A DNA stretch of 64,000 nucleotides from the human T2T-CHM13v2.0 reference genome, Homo sapiens. Shown here one piece after another: positions 27,357-56,186 of the stretch (positions within the stretch are counted from its first letter, which is position 1; each line of letters opens with the position of its first letter). Location: the NCBI RefSeq assembly GCF_009914755.1, contig NC_060937.1. One strand, written 5' to 3'. A program made the position numbers and the translations under genes. The notes below the pieces were generated by a model. The model worked only from the letters and a program-made list of their open reading frames with translations. It was not told the DNA's origin and did no database searches.

Positions 27357-28385
27357 ACATCTACTTTATCCTAGATTCCTGATAACAAAGGAAGGAATTC
27401 TATTTTCAGAAGGGTTTCCACGTTTTTTTTAATGTTTGTCACAGCCTAGATATAAAACAAAATGAAACAAAAAACCATATTGAATGATAAAATAACAGCA
27501 AGAAAAATTTGAAAGCGGTTAAGTGAAAGAAAATGCTGTTTACTTTCCCCTTTGGTTACCTGATTTTATTTATCTAAGAATACATGGGGCAAGCCTTCAT
27601 CGTTGTGCATATTAGAAACTCTATTACAAGTGTACGTATCTCAAAGAGGGAACATATATTTTTTAAGGACATTTTCATACTCCAGAATGCCTTCAGGGAA
27701 ACAATTGTCATTTGCTTTCCTGTCATTATGAGAATTACTATCTGCCTCTGCTTTCTGCAAATTTGATACATTTACAAATCTGCCACAAATTGTGGGTTTA
27801 TTACTTTAAAAATTGCTCTTTGTTTCTTGGTAAAATATAGACTTTTCACAGTCAAATAGTAAAACTGTACCTTGGCCCCAGTAAAGAAAATGAAATAAAA
27901 TTTTAACTAGGAAGTTACTAAAGCATAATGTGTTAGGAGATTTTGTGTCAAGTATGCACATCATTAGTCTACAATGAGTGCCAGGGGATAAAGAGAGAAT
28001 ACTTAACTAAATCCAGGAGATTTCTAATGACAATCAAAAGAAATATTCAAGCGTGGATGCCTCACTTAGTCCCTGAAATAACATGGACTTTCCTAAGTAC
28101 CCATTTGAGGACTCCATGCTATGTCTCTCTTCAGGGTCAATTTCTAAACTTATTTTGGGTATTTCAACACTGATCCTTCTAATATAGAACACTGCCCTAG
28201 AAACAGAGGAAAAGAAGAGTGTGTGTGGAGACCCTCTTGTCACTCTGCACCTCTTACAATCGTTCTTTCTCCAGGGGCCCCTCTTGGCCCTTTTTCACCT
28301 TAGGAATCAGGTAGAAGAGATGGCATATGGTAAGTCTGTTTGTTTTTAATTGGGTTCATTTTTTATTTGTTCAATTATTATATAT

Positions 28386-31552
<3,167 letters not shown>

Positions 31553-31680
31553 CGGAGGGTAAAGGAATAGCACTTGCTAGAGAAAGAGGGTTTTCTGTGG
31601 GGGTTTATTCACATCTAGGGAACAGCTGGGAGCCATCTGATGTCATCAATTTAGACTTCTTGCTAGTTGGAATGTATGCC

Positions 31681-32345
31681 TGTGTTAGTCCACTCAGGCT
31701 GCAATAACAAAATACCATAAACTGGGTAATTCACCAACATCAGAAACTTATTTCTCATAGTTCTGGAGGCTGTGAAGTCCTAAATCGAGACACTGGCAGA
31801 TTCAGTGCGTGGTGAGGGCCCATAGACGGCACCTTCTCACTGCATCCTCACATGGTGGAAGGGGCAAGGCAGCTCTCTGAGGCCTCTTTTTTATGTTATT
31901 ATTATTTTTTTTTTTGAGACTGAGTCTTGTTCTATTGCCCAGGTTGGAGTGCAGTAGTGCAATCTCAACCTCTGCCTCCCAGGTTAAGCGATTCTCCTGC
32001 TTCTGCCTCCCAAGTAGCGGGGACTACAGGCACCCACCAGCACACCCAGCTAATTTCTGTATTTTTAATAGAGACAGAGTTTTGCTGGGTTGTCCAGGTT
32101 GGTCTCAAAATCCTGTCCTCAAGTGATCTGCCTGCCTCAGCCTCCCAAAATGCTGGGATTACACGCATGAGCCACCATGCCCAGCCTCTGGGGCCTCTTT
32201 TATAACAGCACTAATCCTATTCATGAGGGCTCTGCCTTCCTGACCTAATCACCTCCCAAAGGGCTCCACCTACTAATACCATTATTTTGGGGGTTATGAT
32301 TTCCACATATAAATTTAGGGGCACACAAAGAGTCACAACATAGCA
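31681..32345 (-). mobile_element. MaLR LTR (MLT1A/MST-like) split by an Alu (31889-32186, -)
   Basis: ggctgcaataacaaaataccataaactggg ... ttctggaggctg ... acctaatcacctcccaaagg; LTR TSD atgcc/gtgcc; Alu TSD tctgaggcctctttt / tctggggcctctttt. Confidence 0.82.
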
Positions 32346-32446
32346 GTGCCTTAGTCCGTGATTAAATAATAATAGTAAATAAATACCAAACAACAATAAT
32401 GAATAAATGAAAACAAATTACCATGTCAATGAGGGAAAATTAGTAA

Positions 32447-32701
<255 letters not shown>

Positions 32702-33413
32702 TGATCCACCCACCTCAGCTTCCCAAAGTGCTGGGATTACAGGCGTGAGCCACCATGCCTGGCCAATATTAATACTTTTAACAGATAGCTGCACCCTTGG
32801 ATAACACTTACCTTTCCATTCTCTAAGATCCTGATGCTGCTTTCTGAAACTAAGTTTCATTAAATAAACTTAAGGTTAAATTTAATTTCAGATTAGTTTT
32901 TATGCTATGTCCCAAATGCATATAAAATTATTTAAAAGTATACAGAGACTGGGAGTAGTGGCTCATGCTTATAGTCCCAGCACTTGGGGAGGCTGAAGCA
33001 GGAGGGTCACTTGAGCCAAGGAGTTCAAGACCAGCCTGGGCAACACAGGGAGACCTTGTCCCTACAAAAAAATTTAAAAATAGCCAAGCATGGCAGCACA
33101 TGCCTGTAGTTCCAACTACTTGGGAGGCTGAGGTGAGAGGATTGCTTCAACTGGGGAGATTGAGACTGCAGTGAGCTGATATTGCACAGCTGCATTCCAG
33201 CCTGGGTGAAGTCCAAGAAGCATTCGACATGTTCCTGTTCCAACAAACAGAGGCATAATATTATATGTGTACTGACACAGTCATAACCCAAGGTAGGTGA
33301 ATTGGACTTTCGCAGTAGAATCTAGACAGGTTGAGCCACTGTATAATTGTCTCTGTATCAATATGGTTGGAAGAAGGCACAATGCTGAAAAGTGCCCTAG
33401 CCTTACAGTGGTG

Positions 33414-33443
33414 AAGATGGCGCTGGAGCGGTCAGAATGACCT
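33414..33443. promoter_or_regulatory. Perfect estrogen response element (GGTCAgaaTGACC, 33430-33442) adjacent to a YY1 core (AAGATGGCG, 33414-33422)
   Basis: Exact consensus matches in apparently non-Alu intronic sequence; function not shown. Confidence 0.55.
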
Positions 33444-34142
33444 CAATTGCCATAGCAGCGGACGACTGGACTGGGGATCCTAAAGCAGTGTGCTGCAGGC
33501 TGTTCTTTCATGGAAGCATCAGAAACTTTTTAAGACATCCTGTCTTCATCCATAGTTCCTCTTTTAGGGGCCAGGACCTTATCTCATTTATCCTGGTCTC
33601 CCCCGTACCTACTGCTGTGTCTGGCTTAGAAGGCACTCAACGAAGTTGTGTGGATTGAATAAACGGAAGGAGAAATTGTTCATTGAGTTAAATTCTGACA
33701 TTTGTATTGCAGAGGGAATCTCTTCTCATGTCACCAAGTTCTAGAAAAGGGAGAAAGTCCTAGGGAAGTGTTTAGAACAAGTAAAAGAGCCATGGATTTG
33801 TTTTTGTGGTCTTTTCTTTCCTTTTTGAGACAGGGTCTTGCTCTGTCTCCCAGGCTGGGGTGCAGTGGCGTGATCACAGCTTGACCTCCTGGGTTTAAGC
33901 AATCCTCCCATCTCATCGTCCTGAGTAGCTGGGACTACAGGTGCATGCCAACCATCCGGCTAATTTTCATCTCTTTGTGGAGACGGGAATCTCACTGTGT
34001 TGCCCAAGTTTATCTCAAACTCCTGGCTTCAAGCAATCCTGTCTCAGCCTCCCAAAGTGCTGGGATTATAAGCATGAGCCACCACACCTGGCCTGCCATG
34101 AATATTTTTTATGATGGTATCTAAAAAGCACAAACATTTAGA

Positions 34143-34289
34143 GTATTGCTTCTTGAAATGTGATCCACCAGCCAGCAGCATCTATATCTCCTGGGAGCTT
34201 GCTTGAAATGCAGAATCTCAGGCCCCACTACAGACCTATTGAATCAGAATCTGCAATTTTATAAGCTCTCCAGGTGTCTTCTATGCACA
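34143..34289 (+). mobile_element. MER5A-like DNA transposon
   Basis: agcagcatc ... tgggagcttg ... aaatgcagaatctcaggcccca ... gaatcagaatctgca ... gcacattaaatgtttgagaa. Confidence 0.8.
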
Positions 34290-35279
34290 TTAAATGTTTG
34301 AGAAATCTTTGCCTGGAGTTTGGCCTTAGGAATGTGATGGACCCAACATTTACTAAAGGGTCTTAATCCCTCTGAGCTTCAGTGTTCTTTCCTGTTAAAT
34401 GGTGATTAAAGAAGACACATATGGCCAGGCATGGTGGCTCATGCCTGTAATCCTAGCACTTTGGGAGACAAGCCAGGTGGATCGCTTGAGCGCAGAAGTT
34501 TGAGACCAGCCTGGGCAACATGGTGAAACCCCGTCTCTACAAAAAGTACAAAAATTAGGTGGCCATGATGGTGGGCACCTATAGTCCCAGCTACTCAGGA
34601 GGCTGAGGTGGAAGGATCACCTGAGCCAGGGAGGTCAAGGCTGCAGTGAGCTGTGATTGAGCCATTTCACTCCAGCTTGGGTGACAGAGTGAGACCCTGT
34701 CTCAAAAAAGCAAAAAACAACAAATAACACAGGCAAAGTGTCTTATGTAGTACCAGACACAAGGCTCTCCATAAAGAGTGGCGATTATGTCCATGAATAC
34801 CTCTTTCAGTGCCTTGAAAGGTCACATCTCTGCTGTAGGAAGGTGGCTATTACTCTGCTCTACCCATTTGTTTCCAACCAGGACTGCAGTAGCTGCCTCT
34901 TAGAATGCAAAGCCTGATAGAAGCATGCCTTTGCTCCTTTGCTGCGTGTCTTGTCATATTTTTCATGATGTAAAGGATATTGTGCTCATGATGTGAAGGA
35001 TATTGGACTATAGTTTGCACTTAGGATTTGCTATTTTGTATAAGGCAAGACCACCTTGCATTTCGATGTCAGTTACTCATTAAAGATGTGGATCTATTCC
35101 TTGAGTCAATCACACGTTCTAATAGCTTGGAATGGGGAGAAAAGGCCCCCTTTGGGCTCCACAGGGGAAGGCAGGGCTCCTACAAGCTCAGGGTGTGTTT
35201 GGTATGCCGGGCAGCCAAAAAGAGCAAATGTTTACTTGAGTATTCTTAGTTCTGAGGGCAGGGAAAAACTTTGGGACAG

Positions 35280-35460
35280 ACAGTTTAATATATGGGTTTG
35301 AATCATAGCTCCACATAGAGCTAACGATGCAAACTCGAGCACATTACTTAACTTCTCATAGACTCAATCTTCTCATTTGCAAATGGAGGTAATAATACGA
35401 ATCAACTCATAGGGTTGTTGTCAGGGTTAAATGAAATGATAATGTAAAACGCTTTACATC
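35280..35460 (+). mobile_element. MIR fragment
   Basis: gggtttgaatc ... ttacttaacttctc ... tcttctcatttgcaaatggaggtaataata ... tcatagggttgttg core. Confidence 0.65.
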
Positions 35461-35933
35461 ATGAGCAGCTGTCACAATCATAAGTTAGCCGTCATGTTAT
35501 TCATTGATGACTTTAACCATGTAGCATAAGGTCACTGGTTTTTAAATGAATGTATACAGTGTGTTTTACGAAGTGCTTTCACATACATTGTCATAGTTCT
35601 CCAGAAGACTGATACTCTAAAGTCTCCATTTTATATATAAAGCAGCTGAGGTTCACTGGGGACCATATTTCTAACTTCCTATGGGCTTCTGCAAATCTTT
35701 TTGGGGAAATGGCCAGCATTTGGTGCTAGCTCCCAAATTTGTGTTTAAGTCCCAGCTTGGCCATGTTTTGTGGACCTTAGGTGAATCCCTGGCATTTGCC
35801 CTTGTTTCCCTTTCTTAGCTGTAGGATAACGATGATAATGATGTTGTTGACAATGATGATGTCTAGTTACATGCTTCAAAAGCTGGTGGGGAAGGTCAAG
35901 GAAAAGAATCTTATTGTATGACGTAGACTAACC

Positions 35934-36488
35934 TGTGTTTAAAATGAACTGGGGATTTGTTTTAATCGGGTGTGGTAAGATGCACAGACATGGAAATAAC
36001 TGTCAGGAAAGAAGTTTTATACTCGTCGATCCCGAGAAGCGGGAGACATGGCATGGCACGCGAGACCACGCAGGGAAGAACCACGGTCATTCAGGAGCTG
36101 GGTGGGAAACCATGTTCCTGAGTCCTTGTGATTTTTGTGGGAAGGAATAAGCCAGGCTGGGAAAACTAAGCAGGTTTAGGATTGGCTCATTTTAATACTT
36201 TCAGCAGGCTTTGGAGTGTAGGAGCCCCAAGTTGTCTGGTTGCCACCCTGGGGTGATTAGGGCAGGGAAATATCTGCTTAATGGGTAAACACTTGGGAAA
36301 GGAGGTAGTTGGGGGTGTGGTCTTTGGGCTGGTTGGTTTGCTTATGAAAGATGTGCTTGTGGGGGGTCATTTGCTATCTGTAATAACTGGCTAGCCCTCG
36401 GGTTGGAGGAGCAGTTTCCCCCAAGTCAGCAAGGCCCCAAGTGCCAGAGCATGGAGAATACAGAAAACAAGAAAACAGAGTTAATACA
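35934..36488 (-). mobile_element. Solo LTR (MER74-like, ERVL)
   Basis: Minus strand reads TGTATTAAC ... ggggccttgctgac ... aaaccaaccagccc ... attaaaacaaatcccc ... CA; family from recall. Confidence 0.65.
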
Positions 36489-37299
36489 GCATAGATGCCA
36501 GAGCCCTTGGTGGTGTTTGGACTGTGGGACAGCAAGGCATGGATTTTGCTGTCCCCTACTCCTTTAAGACTTCATACTTATCTGATTTTCTCCTGGTGAA
36601 CATGTAGTGTAGAAAAGGTTCAGGTTTATCTCTCACAAGGTTCATAGCTCCTCTCCCTGCTCATTGCCCATCTGGCTGTCTCCACCGCACAGCTTTCCTC
36701 GCGCCTCACAGACTAAATTGCATCCTAAAGGAGATGTAGTGAGGAACATCTTCTGAGCAAATGGTGTGCTGGGCTTAGTCATTTAAAACCTTCCTGCCCT
36801 TGTGCATGTTTAGGTAATGTACATTATAGAAAGCGCCACTGCTCCTAAATGAACTTGGGATAATTGGCTTGAATTGCAGAAGGCAGCAGGTCTACAATTA
36901 AGCTTTTGCCAGATTTTTGTGTGCATTGCAGGAAAAATTGATTACCAAAGGTTAATAATTTGGCAAATCATTCAGCAGATTCCTGGTGCAGAATATAGGC
37001 TCTGAGGACTCAGGGAGGAACAGGACAGGGGCAGTTCTTCAGATACATGCTGTTGGGAGTAAAGCAACCATTTGGCAATTAGCCCAGAATGCTAAATGTT
37101 ATTGGACGGTTAAGTTCAGGGGGACACTGACTTCTCAAAGAGCTGAGGCTTGAACTGTCTTGAAAGATGGGCGAAGTTTCACAAGAAGTTTGCCAAGGAA
37201 AGGAGGGCATTTTAGGCTAAGGGACTCATCCAACCCAAAAATTATTAACTGCATGTTTCTGAGAAGAATGCCTGACATTTGAGCTCCCTCATCTATTTT

Positions 37300-39469
<2,170 letters not shown>

Positions 39470-40292
39470 CTAAGAAGCCCACAGTGTATGCCATCTAACC
39501 TTTTCTGGGAGAACGGACTACTACTTCTAAATCCAGGCACAGAGCCGAGTGATGGCGGGGGCAGGGGGATACAAGAGAACGAGTCCTGCCTTTAACTAAA
39601 TTTCCTTGGGTTGATATTTCTAGTTTATACGCACCAAATATAGTCCATGCATAAAAACGACCCGCCATCCTACTGGGAGGCTGATTTTCTCCAGAACACA
39701 GAATGTGGACATTTGTGAGGTGGGCAGGGGAAAATGGAAGACAATTTTCTTCTTATCTTACTACGGCCATATGTTCTCCTTTATTTCCACCGGCAAGTCT
39801 TGAGCCAGTCATATGAGGGGATTTTAGCCTGCTCTGGAGGACTCCTACAAACGTCCCCACTAAACTGATTCTACTGCAGTGGCCGAGGTCCTTCCTTGAC
39901 GCGGCGCCTGGTTCTGTGTTTGTGCCACTTTGCTCAGCCTTCCAGCTCCTGGTGGTCAGCTGCTGCCCACTCTCCTGTTTAAACCTGGACCGCAGACCTC
40001 TCACTTTTTTCCTCGCGGCTGATGTCTGGTTCCAGGTGGTAGATCTGTCTTACGACGGTCCCATACCCTAAATCCAGCATGCCTGGTGGCTCAGTTCTGA
40101 CCCAGTGCCTGTCCTAAACATTATGTTCTGGACGCTATTGATCTGCCTGATCCCCAGGGCCTCTCCTTTGCCTCCCTGCTTCAGCTCCTTCACCAGGACT
40201 TGCTTTCTCTCACCCCACACCTTGGGAAGAACTGTCAAAGCATGGCTCCTAGCTGTGAGAATTTGGGGGAAAACGAGAAGGGGGAGTGCACA

Positions 40293-40295
<3 letters not shown>

Positions 40296-40327
<32 letters not shown>
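40296..40327. repeat. (GT)n microsatellite
   Basis: Direct reading. Confidence 0.95.
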
Positions 40328-40329
<2 letters not shown>

Positions 40330-40649
40330 CCATTTTTTCATCTGGAAAAATATGCATGTTATCCTAGTGGCTCCCTCTATTCCAGCTTCAAGTCTGGGGT
40401 GTCCGTGACAGCAGGTGTGGAGCCCGAGAAAGAGTGTCCTCCCCAGGAGTCTTCCCCTCCCACCTGCAGCATCAAAGCTGCCCTGCGGGGGTGCAGCTAT
40501 GCCGCCTCTCCCTTGCCAGGCTCTTTCTGCCTCTGCTTCCTGTGCCTGCGGCGAGAGGTGGGGGTGATCTGCCATTGCACAGGTGCTAAGCTACCCAGCT
40601 TTTGCTCCAGTTCCATCCAGGATTATGAAATAAACTTAAACTAGACTGC

Positions 40650-41030
40650 CCACACCACACAGGCACACACATGCACACGCATACACCAGGCAGGTTCTAC
40701 AGCTAACTACTCATACACACAATCTCTTATCACGCAGACACCTCAACACACTACACACACACACAGAAAAATACACACTCACCATACAGTCAGCACATAC
40801 ACATCACACATACATGTGGGCAACACACACATACACAAACATAGCCAGCCATTTGCCATGCAATCATACACACAGGCACACACAGATGTGCATTCACCAT
40901 ACAGGCAGGCACCCCACACACATATACACCCATTGACCCAAATACAACAATGCAAGCTCCACACATAACTACCTACATACACATACACCATGCACCTTGC
41001 AGACACCTCATACATGTCACACGCATAGTC
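40650..41030. repeat. Degenerate CA-rich low-complexity tract
   Basis: Direct reading (acacac/catacac motifs). Confidence 0.85.
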
Positions 41031-41272
41031 ATCGGAGGGAAAGAAAGACTTAGAGACCAAGATTTTCACAGACAGTGAGGAATGTGACCCCCCTGGACAG
41101 AAAGAGCTGGGGATGGCTGCTTACCCACACCATGCTCAGAAGTCATTCATATTGGGGCAGGGGTCAGCACAGAAAAGTTAGCTCCTGCCTCCCCAGATGC
41201 CTCTCATAGGCCTATGGGGGCACCTAGAAGTGACGTTCCATCACATCATCATCTTTGTCCACTAAGCCATAG

Positions 41273-42726
<1,454 letters not shown>

Positions 42727-43965
42727 CTTGTGTGTCAGTTTTCTTATCTGTAAAATGAAGATAATAACAGAATCTTCCTTATATGAAAGTTAATATATGA
42801 GTTAGCTTTTGTTGTTTGCTCCAACTCACAATTCTGGCTTTTCAAGACTGCTTTGAAACCAGACTTTGTTGTGTTTGTGTTAGCTAATCTCCCAGTTTGG
42901 CATCACCTAAAAACCTTCTGCACATTCCCTGGAGGTCTCTGTGAGAATCCTGCAGGGATTAAGAGCCCTTCCCTCTTTTTCTCGTGTTGCTCTGAGATGT
43001 CTGAATCCAGTAGGGTGGCAGCACATTTCTCTCTTCCTCTCTTTTCCCACAGCGCTGATCCCAGGCTTTCGCCAAGCTTCCTCCTTTTGAATTCCATGTT
43101 CTTTGCCATGTGTCTTCCTCACAGTCCGCTCTGATTTTCCTGCTACTCCATTCAGCTGGTCACCCAGGTTAGACATCCGCAGCACATAAGGCCCATCTGC
43201 TGCTTCTTCAGACTGCACGCCCAGCCAATGCAAAGTCCTGTCAAATCTGATGCTCACCCCTCCCATTCTCCCTGGAGGGAGCTTTGCTCTGTCTCTGGCT
43301 CAGGTTATCGTCTACCTGGGCTCAGCATCTAGGCTCTCCCTGCTGAGTTTAGATTGTGATCAAATAGTAAAAAGAAACATATTCACTGTTCTACTTGCTC
43401 GAATCAAGGCTACAGATGAAACCCCCAAAGGCAGAGCTTCCTCCAGTTCCTGGGCTCTGTTCAGCTGCGTTGAGAGCATTTACTCTGTGCATGCACCACT
43501 GTAACTATCACCTCACTTGGTTCCCAGAGTGACCTCTTGTGCTAGGAGCTTTACCCATGCCCGTTTTGCAGGTGAGGTAACTACACAGAGCTTGGAGAAG
43601 GGCCATAACTTGCTCAGTGTCATGGCTAAGGTAGTGGCCATGGCAGGATGCAAATGTGAGACTGTATAATTCTTGAGTCCTAAAGTCCTATCACTTATCC
43701 ATCAAGGACTCTCAGAAATGGCCAATCCCCGGCAGGAAGAATGCATCAAAACAGTCCTGACTGTCCTTTTCAGTCCTCCTGCTTCAATCGAACTGGACTT
43801 TGAGATTAACTTCTCCCTTCTCTGTGCTTCTGCTCATGCCATTTGGGGCACACACCTTCTTTCATCACTCCGCATCTCTCTCTTCCTTCAAACTCCACCT
43901 CCAATGCCATTTGTTATTCAAAGCCTTTTTAATCTTCTAGCTAGAAGGGACTTTTGTCTTCATAG

Positions 43966-49345
<5,380 letters not shown>

Positions 49346-50419
49346 AAAACATTCATTAGGCATCTCCTATGCATAAGGCATTTTGCTTTGTTTGTAAAGA
49401 CAGATCACAAAAAAGCAAGTTATTTTGTCTATTCTCCAAGGGAGATTTAAATTTGCAGGCAGGATTGAAGCAGAATGAGAAATAGGAAAAAGATGGAGCT
49501 GATATGTACAAATATGTAAGACAGATGGAGTCTCTGCCAGGCTGTAAATAGCATAGGTCCTAAACCAAACTCATCATGTTCCTCTGCAAAAGCACTTCCT
49601 CCCACAGCCTTCCTGTTGCGTCTCGGTCCCGCAAGTGTTCCTGTGATCCAGAAGCATTTTATTGCACCCATCTTCTGGTCACCTCTGTTGTTGTGTATGC
49701 ATTTGCTTGTTTCTTTAGCAGGACTATGTCTTAACCCTGGCATATGGAGGCAGATCCAATTCCTAGTCCATCCACATCTCTGGAGATTATTCCAGTTTTC
49801 AGCATTAATAAGTTACTAAAAAAAAATTGTTGAGTTAAATTATGTTCTTACCATTGCACAAGCTTACAAAATCTGCTTCAGATCAAACAGCCATCTTCTA
49901 CATTGCAGAGTTTGTTTCGTATGCAAATGGATCCTCTTTCGTTGAGAAGCCAGGTGTGTAGAAACTCAGGGAGGACCAAAGCAAGGTGCTGGGGCTCTGT
50001 GTTCTGTGCAGTCTTGGGAACTGACAGAGCAGTTGTGGTTATCTGTTTGACCTTGTACTTGGTGAATCACATACTGATGTAGGGGGATTCCCTGTTGCTA
50101 CCACTATTTGTTCCATTCTCTAGTTTCCTACTCGAGTTTCAGATACTCTGCAACTAGAAATGACCTTAGTTCTTCCCAGTTATCAGATATTATTTTCTGA
50201 CCCTCAGTTTCGCTGGGGATGCCACTAGCCTGGCATATGAATGGTTTTCAAATAAGAATCTCTTCCAAACAGAAGAGGCAGCCTGGGTATATAGTGATGG
50301 TTTCTGCCCTTTTTCTAGGGTGTACTCTCTTGAAGACCCTCTAGGAAGCCAAAACTGCACTGGGCATATCTGCAGCAATCTCTGTCATCTCATTAGGGTA
50401 TGTTGAAAATAAGTCAACC

Positions 50420-50810
50420 TGTGAGTTAGCTATTGTCAGAAAATTGCTATGTAACCAACAACCACAGATCCTCATGGTCAACAACAATAATGAACATTCA
50501 TTTCTTGTACCTGTGAAGTTCAGCTAATCTAGGCTGGACTTTGCTGATCTCAACTGGACTCAACTTATGCACCTGGGGTCTAATGGGGGTTGGCTGACCT
50601 TAGATGAGGTTGGCTGGGGTGACTTGGTTCTGCTCTACCTGTCTACCTCCTAGAACAGTAGGCTTGCCTGAGCATATACTTTTCATGGCAAAAACACAGC
50701 AAAACAAGCTCAATTACATGAGTGGTTGTGTAGACCTCTGATTGTATCATGTCTATGACATCCCATTGGTCAAAGCAAGTCATATGGCCAAACACAGAGT
50801 CAAGAGGTAG
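50420..50810 (-). mobile_element. Old MaLR LTR (MLT1H/I/J-like)
   Basis: agttagctattg ... gtaaccaacaaccac ... cccattggtcaaagcaagtcatatggccaa. Confidence 0.6.
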
Positions 50811-50829
50811 AGAAATAGCCTCCGTGTTT

Positions 50830-53798
<2,969 letters not shown>

Positions 53799-54362
53799 TT
53801 GCATTCTGTGTTCTTAAATAATAGTGTGACCTTGAGTGGAGCTCAGCTAGAACACTCTAGTACTTCTACTCCACCCCATTCTATTGCTCTTTGATTTCTA
53901 TCCCTCATAATGGAGTCATTCAGGAGAGGAAAGAACAGATACTTCTTGAGGCCTTTATTTATGCTAAAAGTCACTTTACCTTTTTCCTTTGCCTTTGATT
54001 CCTGTTCACTCCTGTCCTCAAGTTATTTGACTTTTTTTGTTCTATGGTGGTGTCTCCAGCATCCTACTTTAGAGAAAGAAGTTATTGGTCTTTCCCCTGT
54101 CCTATACCAGACCCCATTTTCATTAGCATGACTGTTTTCCTGACCTCGTCATGATTTGTGAATCCCAGAGTTCCCTTGGAGAACTGAATTATTCCAGGAA
54201 AACAACTTTGAGATAAAACAACTTCAGCTTCCTCAACCAAATTCCTGATGACAGTTCTGCTTTATAAATCAAAGCTACCACTTGATCCCACAAGTGCAAA
54301 TGCTTTACCTGTGCACTTCTGTGAGACACAGAACAGCAGAACTTGTTCTTAATGAAACACTT

Positions 54363-55835
54363 GATCATGCACAGTGGCTCATGCCTGTAATCCTAATACT
54401 TTGGGAGGCCAATGCAGGAAGATCACTTGAGGCTAGGAGTTCAAGACCAACCTGGGCAACATAGCAAGACCCCATGTCTACAAAAAGTAAAAAAAAAAAA
54501 TTAGCCAAGCACAATGGTGCCATCTGTAGTTCCAGCTCCTCAGGAGGCTGAGGTGGGAAGATCACTTGAGCCCAGGAGGTGAAAGCTGCAGTGAGTTATG
54601 ACAGTGCCATTGCACTCCAGCCTGGGTGGCAGAGTGAGACCCTGTCTCAAAAATAAAAATAAACACTTTACATGCAGTAGTACTTAAACCCTATTGAAGA
54701 ATTTTGTTGGGTAAAGCCTGTAAAATCCAGCTGTAATACCTCACTGAGTCCTGCATTAATTAATCATAATTAATAATAAATAACTCATGAGTTAACGATG
54801 GTCATTTGTATTTGTATGAATTATGATTTTACCTTTTTAAACATTGCCTTTCAATACTACATTGCTAAATCACATTCAGATTATAATCTTTATAGCCACT
54901 TTTACTTATTTTGTTCATTCTGCCTGTAAGGAAAGTTATTTAAATTTATTAAAACCAATATTGACTTCATGTCATCATTCTGTAAACATTTTTCAGAAGT
55001 AAATAACTTTCATAAGGACAAAGACTTGGGTATCAAAGGAAGCCAAGAGGCCCAGAATAAACATGTGGGCAGGACCTAGGGTGGGCACAGCCCTATCACA
55101 CGGTTCCCTTTACAAGGGTGGTTGGGAGTCTCTCAGATGCTGGAAGTGAGGAAAAAGGAGTCAGGGCCTGGGGACCACTTGGCAGAGGAGTTAGTTTTTA
55201 GGCCAGAACACACAAACCTGTTTGAGGCATTAAGTATTTGGAGAAGAAGACAAAAAACAGAAATGGTAGCCAAGTTCCACCTCATTCTAAATAACAGCTG
55301 AGTTTTAGGTAGAAAAAAGGAAAGGAAGAATTTATAAAGGGAACTGGAAGCAACCAGAAATGGGGAAAATATAAACGACTCAAAAGATACTGTGATGCTA
55401 TAATTCCACTACTAACAGTCCAGTTTCTGCAAGGTTCTTATCTGATTGGAAGAAGAAAAACAATCTACGGGCTCAGGGATACAAAAGAGTAATGCCTAAT
55501 TTATGCCTTGTTCCCCTAATCAGTGGCTGTAAGCTGCTTGCCAAGGACTGAGGCCTTCAGAGCCTTTGTGTTTGCTATGTTGGTGCTTCTGAAATGTTTC
55601 TCATGTAAATCCTTGTCGACAGGGCAAGCCCTCTAACCAGGGACCCACATCTCTCTATAATAATATCCTTAAGGTTTTCTCTCCATTGTTTTGCCCATAA
55701 GAGCATTTGAGTTTGACTCTTAACTATCAATATCTAACTATCTACCTATCTATCATCTATCTATCTATACACATATATATGTATGTATATATATTTCTGT
55801 ATATATACATATAGTTGAGTCAAAAGTGCAAATGC

Positions 55836-55883
<48 letters not shown>

Positions 55884-56186
55884 CCTTTTTTTTTTTTTTT
55901 TTTTTGAGACAGAGTCTCCCTCCTTTACCCAGACTGGAGTTAAGTAGCATGATCATGGCTCACTGTAGCCTGGGCCTCCTGGGCTCAGGTGATCCTCCCA
56001 CCTGAGCCTTTTGAGTGGCTGGGTCTACAGGCATGTGCCACCACATCTGGCTAATTTTTGTATTTTTTGTAGAGATGGGTTTTCGCCATGCTGCTCAGGC
56101 TGGTCTTGAACTCCTGGAATCAAGCAATACTCCCACTTCAGGCTCCCAAAGTGCTGGAATTACAGGCATGAGCCACTGAGCCTGGC
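54363..56186. mobile_element. AluJ + 54363-54663; TATC/TA microsatellite 55735-55880; AluJ - 55885-56186
   Basis: Alu blocks and direct reading. Confidence 0.85.

Noticed and set aside
34963-35005. 23-bp two-copy tandem repeat (tcatgatgtaaaggatattgtgc)
   Set aside because: A simple slippage duplication; two copies with no spacers, so not CRISPR-like.
40105-40644. 179-aa Cys-rich ORF
   Set aside because: GTG start, crosses a (GT)n tract that produces the CVCV run, and has no recognisable domain.
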